From Patescibacteria group bacterium (GTDB taxonomy: Bacteria > Patescibacteriota > Dojkabacteria > J137), in the NCBI GenBank assembly GCA_016861265.1, contig BOLA01000001.1:203569-267568 (forward strand): 64,000 nucleotides of DNA. Reading direction: 5' to 3'. This document shows positions 40,282-50,756 of the stretch, one piece after another; within the stretch, counting starts at the first letter, position 1; every line of letters starts with the position of its first letter. Made by a program: the position numbers and the translations under genes. The notes beneath the pieces are model-generated. The model was not told the origin of the DNA and did no database searches. It saw only the letters and a list, made by a program, of their open reading frames with translations.

Positions 40282-40713
40282 ATGTTTAAGAATGGAGTCA
40301 GTAAAGACTACCAAACGACAGAAGAATCGGTAATTAGTTTTATAGTTACCCGCTTTAGCGACCCCGAACCCAACTTTCCTCTTAGCAGAAACGTAATTCT
40401 TAATATATTTAATAAAGAATTTTTATATAAACTAATTGCATATTCGCTTGAAATTGCTGAAGGTTACAGACCTAGTAAAGAGTCAATATTAGAAGTATTA
40501 GACAAATGGTCTGTACCGATAATGTCTATTTACTATTTGCTTGGAATGATTGCTAGTTATAAAAAAGGCTTAAGAGTTGAGCTAACTGATATAGAAAAAT
40601 TTAACTTAGGCTATGACTATATTCCAACCTATTTTAAATCTGAAGAATACAGGCACTTAGAATTAATAAAGAGTTGCTTAACACGGCTTACCAATTATTT
40701 ATTTGAATTATAA
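40282..40713 (+). CDS. hypothetical protein
   Basis: 143-aa ORF. Confidence 0.45.
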   Translation: MFKNGVSKDYQTTEESVISFIVTRFSDPEPNFPLSRNVILNIFNKEFLYKLIAYSLEIAEGYRPSKESILEVLDKWSVPIMSIYYLLGMIASYKKGLRVELTDIEKFNLGYDYIPTYFKSEEYRHLELIKSCLTRLTNYLFEL

Positions 40714-41007
40714 TTAAACAAGAGTAACTTCAAATGCCCCGTCTTGGCCATTAAAATAGCCGGCTTGCTTGAATTCTTTAACTTCCCTACTCTTTTTTAA
40801 TAATTTACTTACCAAAGGCCTTACTACATAGCCCTTGCCAGTAACAATTAAAATTCTTTTGTAACCAAGAAAGTTACAATCCTGAATAAACTCTATTAAA
40901 TATTTCTCAATTTCATACGGATTTAACACTCCCAGATTATGATAATCAAAAGTGGCTTGAGGTAAAAAATCATTCTCAAATTTTATATGGTTACTAGCCT
41001 TTTTCAT
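40714..41007 (-). CDS. Smr-domain protein
   Basis: DYHNLGVL...RILIVTGKGY...KLLK pattern of the Smr / MutS2 C-terminal nuclease domain. Confidence 0.65.
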   Translation of the reverse strand: MKKASNHIKFENDFLPQATFDYHNLGVLNPYEIEKYLIEFIQDCNFLGYKRILIVTGKGYVVRPLVSKLLKKSREVKEFKQAGYFNGQDGAFEVTLV

Positions 41008-41063
41008 TAATTAAATTCTTAATGATATACTCAAGTTATACAAATAAATTTTAACAAAAGATT

Positions 41064-41318
41064 ATGCCACAAATTCATCCCGATGAAGAGACAAAAAATA
41101 GAATAAAAAACCTAAGTATTGTAGGTAAGGCATTAGGTGAGGAAACAAACGAAAACAAAGGAACTACTAACGCCTTTTTAGCAAAGACTTCACTTAATGA
41201 GTTCGAAGCTGGAATAAAAAAACTAGACTTAGATCCTCAAAGCATGGATGGAATGCAGCATTTAATAAGGCTATTGCATAAATTAATTGATCAGAAAATG
41301 GGACAAATATCTGCATGA
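41064..41318 (+). CDS. small hypothetical protein (overlaps the response regulator by 4 nt)
   Basis: 84-aa ORF translationally coupled to the response regulator. Confidence 0.4.
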   Translation: MPQIHPDEETKNRIKNLSIVGKALGEETNENKGTTNAFLAKTSLNEFEAGIKKLDLDPQSMDGMQHLIRLLHKLIDQKMGQISA

Positions 41319-41986
41319 ACATATTGGTTGTTGAAGATGAAAATTCAATTAGAGAAATAGAGACTGCTTATCTAAAAAAAGCTGGTTTTAATGTATTCGA
41401 GGCTGAAAATGGAGCAAAAGCTTTAAGTCTATTCGAGAAATTAAATATTGAACTGGTAGTGTTAGACATAAATATACCAGGTATCGACGGCATTACCGTA
41501 TGTAAAAGAATTCGTTCCAAATCAAATATACCTATAATTATGGTTACGGCCAGGGTTGAAGATCAAGATGAACTAATTGGACTCGAGTGCGGAGCCGATG
41601 ACTACCTTAAGAAACCATTTAATCCTGCAATATTGGTAGCCAGAGTGAAATCATTATTAAAGAGAACTTCAAATGCCGTTTTAGCTAACAAGTATATGCA
41701 AATAGACGAAGAAAAGCAGCAGGTAAAAGTAATGGAAAAACTAATTGAACTAACAACAACCGAATTTAATATACTCACCACCTTATTTAAAAATCCTGGG
41801 AAGGTATTTGATAGAGAGAACATAATTCTAAAAGCCTACAATGATTTTGGGAGTAGCGATATTTTAGATAGAACAGTCGATGTTCATATAAAAAATATTA
41901 GAAAAAAGCTAAAGGTAACAGAAGACCTACCTGAATTTATACTTACTGTAATTGGTAAGGGCTATAAATTTAATGATTCATTATGA
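41315..41986 (+). CDS. OmpR/PhoB-family response regulator
   Basis: receiver motifs (VVEDE ... VLDINIPGIDG ... K) and a winged-helix C-terminus. Confidence 0.9.
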   Translation: MNILVVEDENSIREIETAYLKKAGFNVFEAENGAKALSLFEKLNIELVVLDINIPGIDGITVCKRIRSKSNIPIIMVTARVEDQDELIGLECGADDYLKKPFNPAILVARVKSLLKRTSNAVLANKYMQIDEEKQQVKVMEKLIELTTTEFNILTTLFKNPGKVFDRENIILKAYNDFGSSDILDRTVDVHIKNIRKKLKVTEDLPEFILTVIGKGYKFNDSL

Positions 41987-43092
41987 ATATAAAATCGGGA
42001 GTTAAAAGAGTAACCTCAAAAACTTCAGTTAAAATATTTGCCGGTATTTTTCTTATTACTGCTATTGTACTTGCATATATTAGTATATTTGCAATTACCA
42101 CAGCTCAGAGCGAGTTCCAAAGTGCAACAATACGTTTTATTGACGGAAATCTGTTCCTAGTAAAACAATCTCCCGTAGCACCAGTTGAAGTAATCAGGAA
42201 ACAATTTAATGATTCACTATTTAATACATTATTTTTTGCTGGGGCATTAGGACTACTTATGTCTCTAATAGCAGGAACAATCTTCTCGATAATAATTACC
42301 CAGCCTTTAAGAGAATTAAGAGTTGGAATTGAGAATTTAAAGAAAAGTAGATTCAAAGATAAGCTGGTCAAGACTGGTGAAAGCGAGTTTGACCAGGTAA
42401 TAGAAGAATTTAACGACCTTGCAACTGAATTGGAATACCAAGAAATACTAAGGAAGGATCTGATCTCTGATGTGGCTCACGAGTTAAAAACACCAATTAC
42501 CGCTTTAAGTGGGCAAATACAAGGCATGATAGACGGAGTCTTTGAACCTGATGCAAAGAGATTAAATACTACCCTTGAGGAAGTTCAAAGATTGAACAAT
42601 CTTATTGATATGTTGTACGAATACACCAAACTACGCACCAAGCTACCAAACAAGAAGGATGAAGAGGTTAATCTACACGATCTTGTAGAGGAAGCAAGAA
42701 CAACCATAGGAAGTAAGTTAGATGATAATAAAATTAAATTGGTAAATAATATTGAAGAAAAGGAGGTCATAAAGACAGATAAATACTTAATGCATAGGGT
42801 TTTAATAAATATTATTGATAATGCAGTAAAATATTCTAAGGGTACTGAAATTGTAATAAATAGGGACGGTAATAAAATAACCATTAATGACAACGGAATT
42901 GGAATTCCTAAAGAAGATATTAAAAAGATTTTTGAAAGGTTTTATAGAGTTGAGAAATCTCGAAATCGATCAACCGGCGGACTTGGTTTGGGACTTGCGA
43001 TAGTTAAGGAAATAATTGAGGTGCTAGGAGGAGATATTGAGGCAAAAAATAATGAGAATGGTAAAGGTGTAAGTTTTATTATTAAAATTTAG
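41983..43092 (+). CDS. sensor histidine kinase
   Basis: two N-terminal TMs, H-box HELKTPIT, N-box NAVKYS, G1 DNGIGIP, G2 GGLGLGLAIVK. Confidence 0.9.
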   Translation: MNIKSGVKRVTSKTSVKIFAGIFLITAIVLAYISIFAITTAQSEFQSATIRFIDGNLFLVKQSPVAPVEVIRKQFNDSLFNTLFFAGALGLLMSLIAGTIFSIIITQPLRELRVGIENLKKSRFKDKLVKTGESEFDQVIEEFNDLATELEYQEILRKDLISDVAHELKTPITALSGQIQGMIDGVFEPDAKRLNTTLEEVQRLNNLIDMLYEYTKLRTKLPNKKDEEVNLHDLVEEARTTIGSKLDDNKIKLVNNIEEKEVIKTDKYLMHRVLINIIDNAVKYSKGTEIVINRDGNKITINDNGIGIPKEDIKKIFERFYRVEKSRNRSTGGLGLGLAIVKEIIEVLGGDIEAKNNENGKGVSFIIKI

Positions 43093-43228
43093 ATAGATTC
43101 TTCACACATTCTTCATAGAACTTCACTATGATTTAATTAATGGAATATTGTACCTTTACTCTACCTGAGGTTATCAGGAATTAATTAAATACAAAAATAA
43201 AAGGTTACCTTTCCAGAAAAGTTTATTT

Positions 43229-43531
43229 TTGAACTTTTTAACTATGAAGAAAAGACAAATTATTGTAACAACGGCTGTAGCAGCGACTGCTGCAGTTTCA
43301 TCTGTATTACCTATATATTCAGTAGCTGCTCAGGCTAACGTCAACACTATTGAAAAAGCGGCCGACTATTTGGGTGTTGAATCCAAAGAACTTCTAGATG
43401 CTTTCAAGAGAGCGAGAATAGAGGTAGTTGAGGATAAAATAAAAAATGGATTAATAGATTCCAAAGCTGGTATTGAGTTAATTCACAAAATAGAAGATGC
43501 TGATGACTTCTATGTACTTCCAAAAGTATAA
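43229..43531 (+). CDS. small secreted hypothetical protein
   Basis: 100 aa with a signal peptide. Confidence 0.45.
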   Translation: MNFLTMKKRQIIVTTAVAATAAVSSVLPIYSVAAQANVNTIEKAADYLGVESKELLDAFKRARIEVVEDKIKNGLIDSKAGIELIHKIEDADDFYVLPKV

Positions 43532-43540
43532 CGTTTAATA

Positions 43541-43565
43541 AAGCAGCCCAAAGGGCTGCTTTATT
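43541..43565. terminator. bidirectional hairpin terminator
   Basis: AAGCAGCCC-AAA-GGGCTGCTT with T-runs on both strands. Confidence 0.75.
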
Positions 43566-43567
43566 AG

Positions 43568-44350
43568 CTAAAACTTTATTGAGGAAGCAATTCTTTCTAT
43601 AATACTTTTTGCAGTTTCTTCTCTATATTCACCTTGTGGTATTAAAGTTATCTTGCTGAAGTTTCTATTCTTAGTCTTTGATATATACAATACCAAACTC
43701 TTTTTTTGACCAAATACTCTTGCATTTCCACTATCGGCTGTAATTTCATTCATATTAAGTAAGAGAGTTGCCTGTACGTTATTACTTAGGGTAAAACTTT
43801 CTGATTTTACATTCAATGAATCCTCAGGCTTTAGAAAGTCTAATTCCTTCTGTATCCAAGATTTTAAGTCTTCTGGTTCACCTCCAGGGTAGTTAGTAAA
43901 TAAAGGGAATCCTAACTGCAGCTTATAGCTTTCTCCCATTTCATCACCCGAAAAGATGGTAATACCATCAGAAGCTCCTACAGTAGTTTCAATAAACGCC
44001 GATGGTAACTGCAGACTCCATACAACATTGTTATTAATCTTTATTTCCCTTAGTGCCCATTTGGACTGAATCGTATCTGTGTCGCTTACTTCTACAGTAT
44101 CGTTGGGTGTATTTGTTGTATTACTAACTTGAGAAAGCTTTTGTAACTGAGAAAGGGATATTAAGACATATACAATTATTCCTGTTGCAAGAATAACAAA
44201 TACACTTGTAGCCAAATAAAAGAAGTTATTCTCCTTTTTTGGCGAGTAAACCATCGTCTTAATCCTCTTATTCTGAATAGAATTTGTTGTTGATTTAGGC
44301 AAGGAAAATGGACTCGTTTTGGTTTCAATTTTTCTTGGTAAGTGATCCAT
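43568..44350 (-). CDS. hypothetical membrane-anchored protein
   Basis: 260 aa with an N-proximal TM. Confidence 0.5.
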   Translation of the reverse strand: MDHLPRKIETKTSPFSLPKSTTNSIQNKRIKTMVYSPKKENNFFYLATSVFVILATGIIVYVLISLSQLQKLSQVSNTTNTPNDTVEVSDTDTIQSKWALREIKINNNVVWSLQLPSAFIETTVGASDGITIFSGDEMGESYKLQLGFPLFTNYPGGEPEDLKSWIQKELDFLKPEDSLNVKSESFTLSNNVQATLLLNMNEITADSGNARVFGQKKSLVLYISKTKNRNFSKITLIPQGEYREETAKSIIERIASSIKF

Positions 44351-44444
44351 AACTTTGAAAACTTTATTACATTACATTATTATTTAATCTATCAGAAAAG
44401 TAAATCATATAAAATTTTACTTTAAATGATAGAATCGTAAGAAT

Positions 44445-45201
44445 ATGCGATCAAACAATACCAAAGGAATAATTTATAGAATTTATAGTTCTGGGCAATC
44501 CGATAAAATAATCCATTTAATTGATAGTGAGGGTGCCAAAAATACTCTTCTCGCTAAAGGTGCCAAGAAAAGTACCAGTAGAAAATCTCATTCAATTGAG
44601 CTCTGTAATCAAGTAGAAGCCAAGTCTTTAGAGGGTTATCAAATTCCTATCATTACCGAAATAAAGGTTATTAATGAGTTTCTTCGGTGGAAGAAAGATA
44701 ATCTCGGAATGCTAGTAATTCAGCTATTTTGTGAAGTTATTGATAAACTCTGCTACGAAAACAATAAAGATAAAGATTTATTCTATATTTTTTTTAATGC
44801 TTTAAGTAACTACAATTCCAACCTATTACTTGTAACTAATGCCTTTTTGCTTAAAGCTATATGGCATACAGGCAGTATTGCGTCTATAAATACCAATGCG
44901 CTTACCGGCCAGCCCTTGAGCCCTGATAATATATTCTACTGCCACCAGCTGCGGATATGTAGCCAAAGAGGACTTGGCTAGAAATATAGAGCTAATTGGT
45001 GAATCGGTCTCGGCTAAAATTGCTAAAGGACAGAAATACCTAATCGAACACCCAATTGCCGACAGCAATAATCTAATAATGGAACCATCGGAATTATTAA
45101 AAATGCTTCAAATTAACCTTGATTGGTTTGAAATTATTACGGAACAAAGGTTAAAATCAAAAGGTATAATATTAAGTTTAGTTGGCAAATTACATAAATA
45201 A
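44445..45201 (+). pseudogene. recO: DNA repair protein RecO, split by an apparent +1 frameshift near 44975 (178-aa N-terminal ORF plus 75-aa C-terminal ORF)
   Basis: N-terminal OB-fold region GIIYRIYSSGQSDKIIHLIDSEGAKNTLLAKGAKKSTSRKS matches the RecO family; the two ORFs overlap by 8 nt in different frames and together span a RecO-like length. Confidence 0.55.
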
Positions 45202-45203
45202 AT

Positions 45204-47147
45204 ATGAAAGTTCTATACTCCCAGTTAAAGAAGTACTTACCTGAATTATCAGCATCCGCAAAGGATGTTGCCAACGTATTTACAATGACTGGTTTTATGC
45301 TGGATAAATTCATAGAAGTCGACTACAACGGGCAAAAAGACTACTTTCTTGATCTTGAAGTTAGACAAAACAGAGCCGATTCCTTTGGTGTATTGGGACT
45401 AGCAAGGGAACTTTCCGCTTATTACAAAATACCTCTAAAATACCCTGAATATAATATAAGCCTTGGAGGGAACACCTATAAATTACCTATTACAATTAGC
45501 GCAAAGGAAGCTGTAAAAAGAGTTCAGGCTGTAAAGCTTATAGACCTAGAAATAAAAGAATCTCCTGAATGGTTAAAAGATTACCTAAGTCTATACGATA
45601 TTAACAGTATTAATAATTTAGTAGATCTAACCAACTATGTAATGATTGAAACCGGACATGCTTCTCATGTGTTTGATACTGACTTGGTAGGTGATGCCCT
45701 TACGTGGGAAGTTAATAACGGTAAATACCCTAAAATGACTACTTTAAACGGTCAAGAAGTAGAACTTACAGCCGATAGTCTGCTAATTACAGACGGGAAA
45801 AGACCTCTATCGCTTAGCTTTATTGGTGGAAAAGACGATGCCGTTACAAATAGTACAAAAAAGGTGATTATTGAAATGGCAGTCTATAACGGTACATTGG
45901 TAAGACGAAATGCAAGAGACCTAAAAATAGTAACTGAGGCAGGTACAAGATTAGAGAAATTCATGGATCCTAACTCAATACCGCAGGCATTCGAATGGTT
46001 AATAAGTTTAATACTTGAAAATTGCGGAGGGACTATTGTTTCTGAATTATTTGATGAATACATTCAAATTACTCCTGAAATTGAAATTAACGTAGACTTG
46101 GACAAGGTTCAACAGGTGGCCGGCATTCCCATTACTTACACTGAATCCAAGGAATACTTAAAAAATTTAGGATTTAAAATAATAGCTGACAATAATAATT
46201 CTGTAAAAGTACTAAGACCGGTTAATAGGCTCGATATTGAAACACAACAGGATGCATTCGAAGAAATTATTAGAATGAAAGGCTTCAATAATATTCCGTC
46301 AAATTATTTAACAACGCAAGTGGTAAAAGATATTACACCTACAAGAATTTACTTAATGGATAATATAACCAATTGTTTAGCAACCAACGGTCTAGACGAA
46401 GTAAGATCGTGGGTCTTAGTAGACCAAAAATCCAATGATCTAACAAGATTTATAGATTGGGATGCTATAAGAGTTACAAACTCAATAAACGAAGAAGTAC
46501 CTTTTTTAAGACAATCTATTGCCGTAAGCTTATTAGGACAAGCCCAAACATATATAAAAAATAATATTGCTCCTATTGAATTATTCGAAATAGGAAAAAT
46601 ATTTGGTAAAAAGGAAGGAACTTATACGGAAATAAACTCACTGGGTATGTTAATAGCTAATAATAATATTAACTACTTAAAGCTTAAACTTGAAAGTCTT
46701 ATACGTTACCTGGGAATGGATAAAATTGAGTATATAAAAGATGCTAATCCTCCAAGATCTTCACACCCGTTAACTAGTTGGCAAATTAGAATTGAGAACC
46801 AGGTTGTGGGAGTTATTTATATTACAAACAAGAATGAGTTCGTAGAAGCAAGTGTAGCTGAAATTAATATTGATTTAATAGATTCCATAATTAATAAGAA
46901 CAAAAAAAGCTCAACTCAAGAAGTAACTCAAAAGATTGTAACTCTAGATGCTAATGTTAATTTGGCACAAGATGTGGATGTTAACTCATTTGTGCTTAAC
47001 AAATTAGAATCGGTAGGGGCTCATCTGTGGTCATGGGAATTGATTGATCAATTCAAATCGGACTCAGACATAAAATATACAGTAAGAGTCAGTTATGTTA
47101 ATCTAAGCGACACCTCCGCCAAAGAGCTGCACGCTAAACTATTCTAA
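45204..47147 (+). CDS. pheT: phenylalanyl-tRNA synthetase beta subunit (short form without the N-terminal tRNA-binding domain)
   Basis: B3/4 and B5 region SPEWLKDYLSLYDINSINNLVDLTNYVMIETGHASHVFD is characteristic of PheT. Confidence 0.8.
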   Translation: MKVLYSQLKKYLPELSASAKDVANVFTMTGFMLDKFIEVDYNGQKDYFLDLEVRQNRADSFGVLGLARELSAYYKIPLKYPEYNISLGGNTYKLPITISAKEAVKRVQAVKLIDLEIKESPEWLKDYLSLYDINSINNLVDLTNYVMIETGHASHVFDTDLVGDALTWEVNNGKYPKMTTLNGQEVELTADSLLITDGKRPLSLSFIGGKDDAVTNSTKKVIIEMAVYNGTLVRRNARDLKIVTEAGTRLEKFMDPNSIPQAFEWLISLILENCGGTIVSELFDEYIQITPEIEINVDLDKVQQVAGIPITYTESKEYLKNLGFKIIADNNNSVKVLRPVNRLDIETQQDAFEEIIRMKGFNNIPSNYLTTQVVKDITPTRIYLMDNITNCLATNGLDEVRSWVLVDQKSNDLTRFIDWDAIRVTNSINEEVPFLRQSIAVSLLGQAQTYIKNNIAPIELFEIGKIFGKKEGTYTEINSLGMLIANNNINYLKLKLESLIRYLGMDKIEYIKDANPPRSSHPLTSWQIRIENQVVGVIYITNKNEFVEASVAEINIDLIDSIINKNKKSSTQEVTQKIVTLDANVNLAQDVDVNSFVLNKLESVGAHLWSWELIDQFKSDSDIKYTVRVSYVNLSDTSAKELHAKLF

Positions 47148-47160
47148 ATATTTAAACAAA

Positions 47161-47185
47161 AAAGGGATCTTTCGATCCCTTTTTT
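47161..47185. terminator. bidirectional rho-independent terminator
   Basis: GGGATC-TTTC-GATCCC flanked by A-run and T-run. Confidence 0.85.
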
Positions 47186-47199
47186 GTTAGTTCTTACTA

Positions 47200-48516
47200 T
47201 TAATTTTTAATAGTAACACTAATAGTTCCCGTTTGATTGTCAGGAGTTTTATCTACCCATAATTTGTAATCTGTTTTCTTGCTTAATTCTAATCTGTATT
47301 TTGCTGTTCCATTCTCAAAGGAAAGTAAATCTACTTTAACAAGTGTAGCTCCGGCAGTTGTGGCTCCAGTTTTTGCCTCAATATCATCCAGCGTAAGAGA
47401 AGTCTTGTTATTTGCAGTCATAACTTCCTGGGTTAAGTTAGAAACCTCTACCATTAAGTACGTTTTGCCTGCAGTTGTTGTATCGTAATATGCAGTAGCA
47501 TTTGGTACATTATTATCTCCAATTACACCGGTTTGTGCCCATGAAAATTCATATGAACTTCCATAATTATCAAAATAATAAACATTATGTGCAAGCTTAT
47601 TGTCTGTAACTGAGCTAACTACGTATTGTTTATTCTGAGAAAATTCATTATTCAAATGAGGTGCCTTTGGTTTATCTACATTAGTAGTTGAGTTGTTTGT
47701 GGTTGTCGAATTATTGGTAGTTGTAGTCGTGTTTGTAGTTGTTGTAGGCGTGGTTGTTGTTTCTGGTTTAGCTAACTCTGTATTAGTTTTAAAGTCAAAT
47801 ACAAGGTTATCTCCATCTTTTTTAACAGAATACTTAACACCATCTTTAAACATAACTACAAAGCTATTGTTAGTCGAAACGTATCTTATTTCTGAAACAA
47901 TATCGTTTATAGTCTCATCTTCTTTTAATGTTTCTGCAACACTGCCTAGTGTTTCAAATGCTATGGTTAATTTATTTCCTACTGAATCAAAATTTACTGT
48001 AGTTTTTGGTAATTTTTTATCCGAAGTATTTAAATCGAAAGTTAATCTAGCAAATGTTGCATATCTTAAATAAGAGATCTTATCTAGAGATGTCTGCTCT
48101 TCTGTCGCAGTGGAGTCTCCTAAAGTAACAATTGCTGAATCAACATAATCTGCGTTTTTAACTACATTTACCGCAGAAGAATCTGCTAAAGGTGATACCG
48201 AAACAATATATGCACTAGAAATAGTTTCTGTTGTAGTATTAGTTGTATTTGTTTCGTTGGTAGTACTATTCTGATTCATCACAGAATTCCTTACTAATAA
48301 TGCAGCTACTACACCGATTACAATAATAACTGCAATAAATATAATAATTCGCAATGAATTTCCGTCACCTTCCATATCTCGTATTTCAGTGAATCGGGTT
48401 CTATCCAGCTTAGCTGGATCGACAGTACTTGTTCGTACCGGTCTTGCTGCCAGCAATGGTGATTCCTCTATCATAGAGTCATCCATTGGCATTTCTTTCT
48501 TTCGAGGTGCCATCAT
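47200..48516 (-). CDS. membrane-anchored surface protein with a Thr/Asn-rich low-complexity linker
   Basis: N-terminal TM; TTTPTTTTNTTTTTNNSTTTNNSTTN tract. Confidence 0.55.
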   Translation of the reverse strand: MMAPRKKEMPMDDSMIEESPLLAARPVRTSTVDPAKLDRTRFTEIRDMEGDGNSLRIIIFIAVIIVIGVVAALLVRNSVMNQNSTTNETNTTNTTTETISSAYIVSVSPLADSSAVNVVKNADYVDSAIVTLGDSTATEEQTSLDKISYLRYATFARLTFDLNTSDKKLPKTTVNFDSVGNKLTIAFETLGSVAETLKEDETINDIVSEIRYVSTNNSFVVMFKDGVKYSVKKDGDNLVFDFKTNTELAKPETTTTPTTTTNTTTTTNNSTTTNNSTTNVDKPKAPHLNNEFSQNKQYVVSSVTDNKLAHNVYYFDNYGSSYEFSWAQTGVIGDNNVPNATAYYDTTTAGKTYLMVEVSNLTQEVMTANNKTSLTLDDIEAKTGATTAGATLVKVDLLSFENGTAKYRLELSKKTDYKLWVDKTPDNQTGTISVTIKN

Positions 48517-48609
48517 ATAGATACAGTAAAAAAATTAATTAACCCCTTTTTTAGGGTAAGCCTTTGGCTTAAAGTGCTAAAAACAGTATAGAGTCCCTTA
48601 ATACTCAAA

Positions 48610-49365
48610 TCAAGTATTTGATTTAATTAAGTTACCGCCACTCATTTCATGAACAAATGTTGGGTTCAAGTATTCCAATGCTCTATCATAATGTGTGATT
48701 ATCACTAATGCGCAATTAGGATTCATTTCCTTAAAAGTAGCTATACCTTCAAATACTTCTTTTACGGAATTCCTATCTAGCCCAGAATCTATTTCGTCAA
48801 GAAAAACATATTTGGGTTCGATTACCAGCATTTGTAAAATCTCGGTCTTCTTTTTTTCTCCTCCTGAAAAACCCTCATTTAAATTTCTAGATAGTAAATG
48901 TTTTGGGTAATTAATAATGTTTGCTTTTTCCTCTAATAATTTTTTAAATTTAAATACACTAATTTGCTCCTCCTTAGGTAGTCGTGAATTATAAATAAGT
49001 CTAAGATAATTTGTTAATGCTACTCCCGGAATTTCAACGGGATATTGATTTGCTAAAAACAATCCTAATAAAGATCTCTGGTCAGTATCCATTTCGGTTA
49101 AGTCAAATATATTATCTTCTAGTAATTCGGAATCAATTTTACTCAAAATATATTCGGAATAGATTTCGTTTTTTATTTGAACTTTACCACTTGTAATAGA
49201 AAACATAGGATTTCCCATCAATGTGTTTACCAAGGTACTTTTACCCGAGCCATTATTCCCGTTCAATAAATGAATTTCTCCTGGATTAATTGTTAAGTTC
49301 AATCCGTGTATTATCTCCTTATTGCCATCAGTTAGGGCAACCTTTAAGTCCTGTATATTAAGCAT
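48610..49365 (-). CDS. sufC: Fe-S cluster assembly ATPase SufC
   Basis: GNNGSGKSTL Walker A and SufC-type signature LSGGEKKKTEILQMLVIEPKYVFLDEIDSGLD. Confidence 0.9.
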   Translation of the reverse strand: MLNIQDLKVALTDGNKEIIHGLNLTINPGEIHLLNGNNGSGKSTLVNTLMGNPMFSITSGKVQIKNEIYSEYILSKIDSELLEDNIFDLTEMDTDQRSLLGLFLANQYPVEIPGVALTNYLRLIYNSRLPKEEQISVFKFKKLLEEKANIINYPKHLLSRNLNEGFSGGEKKKTEILQMLVIEPKYVFLDEIDSGLDRNSVKEVFEGIATFKEMNPNCALVIITHYDRALEYLNPTFVHEMSGGNLIKSNT

Positions 49366-49532
49366 TTTTTATAATTTTAAACAGATAATTTTAGCAATAA
49401 ATCGAGTTTTAGCCCAATTTATATAAATACTACATGAGTAATAAGTTCTGCAACCCTTTATAGATCTATTTAGGGCTCTTTGACACGTCTTATAATTTCT
49501 GCAATACTGTGAAGAGTTTAAACTAATAATAA

Positions 49533-50699
49533 ATGACTAAGAATAGAAAACTGCTAATAGCAATTCTTATTATTGCCACTATAGTATTGGCTGGAATAAG
49601 CATAGTAATTAGTACGGCAATTAATAATAATAACCTTCAAAGCCAGACTGGAGCACAGACCAATCCAATTCTTGCCAACTGCAATAGCTCTACCAATACT
49701 TGTACCATACCATCGGGAGTATGTAACCCATCTAAGGTTTATGTCCACTTTTGCAGTGAACTGAAAAAAGATAACGAAAAGTGTGTGTCTACTAATCCAA
49801 TCGAAATACCAGTGAGTCCAGTGGCCTCCGGAAGTGCAGTAAATTTAAATGACTACCTTGGTAACGTAACTTGTGGAACAGTACAAATGTATCTTGAGCT
49901 TGAGAATTCAGGAGTAAACTCACTAGGGGCATGCGGCACAACTGTAAAGAAGTTTTCAGCAGCTTGCGGAGCTGGAACAAATACACCTGTATCGTTCCCA
50001 GCTTCATTTCCAAATGGAACAAACAACACTGGTACTAACACAGGAACAAATACTAATACCGGAAATAATACAAATAATAATGGGACCACCCAATTGGCTG
50101 ACCCTCAATTTAGAATTACAAATTCATATGCTGCGACCTGCGAAGCTTCTGGGGACGCTCTGTTAAAATATACAATCAGTATTAGTAATATTAGTACAGT
50201 TAGCGGAACAATTACTAAAGTGGAAGAAGTCATTGATACAAGTTTAATTTCTAATGGAATCATTCCAACTAATGTAAGTAATAACGGAACGACTGCAAGC
50301 AATAAAATTACATGGGCAGAAACTTCAGCAGAAAGAACGTATAATGCTAACCAAACAAAGACACTAAACTACGAAATTCGAATTCCTAAAGCCAAATTAG
50401 CAACATTTCAAAATGGAACAAGTTCAAACGCCACTGTAACATACAATACAAGCAACACCACTGGCAATACAAATACATTCGCATTACTTTCAAAACATTC
50501 ATGCGTAATTCAGACAACAAATACAAATACACCTAGTCAAAACACTAATACACTGCCTAATACTGCACTTGTCGATGATTTTAAGCTATTACTAATTGGT
50601 GCAGCGTTCATATTAGTTGCAATTCTGATTTTTAGATTTCAAATTGGAGAGGATATGGTAGCAAATTTACTAGGAAGCAAATATAGAAGAAAAAATTAA
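49533..50699 (+). CDS. surface protein, paralog A: signal anchor, Cys-containing N-domain, Asn/Thr-rich repeat-like region, C-terminal LPNTA motif plus TM plus basic tail
   Basis: N-terminal KLLIAILIIATIVLAGISIV; C-terminal LPNTALVDDFKLLLIGAAFILVAILIFRFQ...RRKN. Confidence 0.6.
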   Translation: MTKNRKLLIAILIIATIVLAGISIVISTAINNNNLQSQTGAQTNPILANCNSSTNTCTIPSGVCNPSKVYVHFCSELKKDNEKCVSTNPIEIPVSPVASGSAVNLNDYLGNVTCGTVQMYLELENSGVNSLGACGTTVKKFSAACGAGTNTPVSFPASFPNGTNNTGTNTGTNTNTGNNTNNNGTTQLADPQFRITNSYAATCEASGDALLKYTISISNISTVSGTITKVEEVIDTSLISNGIIPTNVSNNGTTASNKITWAETSAERTYNANQTKTLNYEIRIPKAKLATFQNGTSSNATVTYNTSNTTGNTNTFALLSKHSCVIQTTNTNTPSQNTNTLPNTALVDDFKLLLIGAAFILVAILIFRFQIGEDMVANLLGSKYRRKN

Positions 50700-50756
50700 T
50701 ACTTCAAATTGACATACCTTATAAATTTTGAAATACTGACTTAAATTAACTTTACA

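Noticed and set aside
49366-49532. Possible sigma70 promoter (TTGACA ... AATACT) upstream of surface paralog A
   Set aside because: The -10 is weak and the spacing ambiguous; I could not support it beyond chance in an AT-rich spacer.
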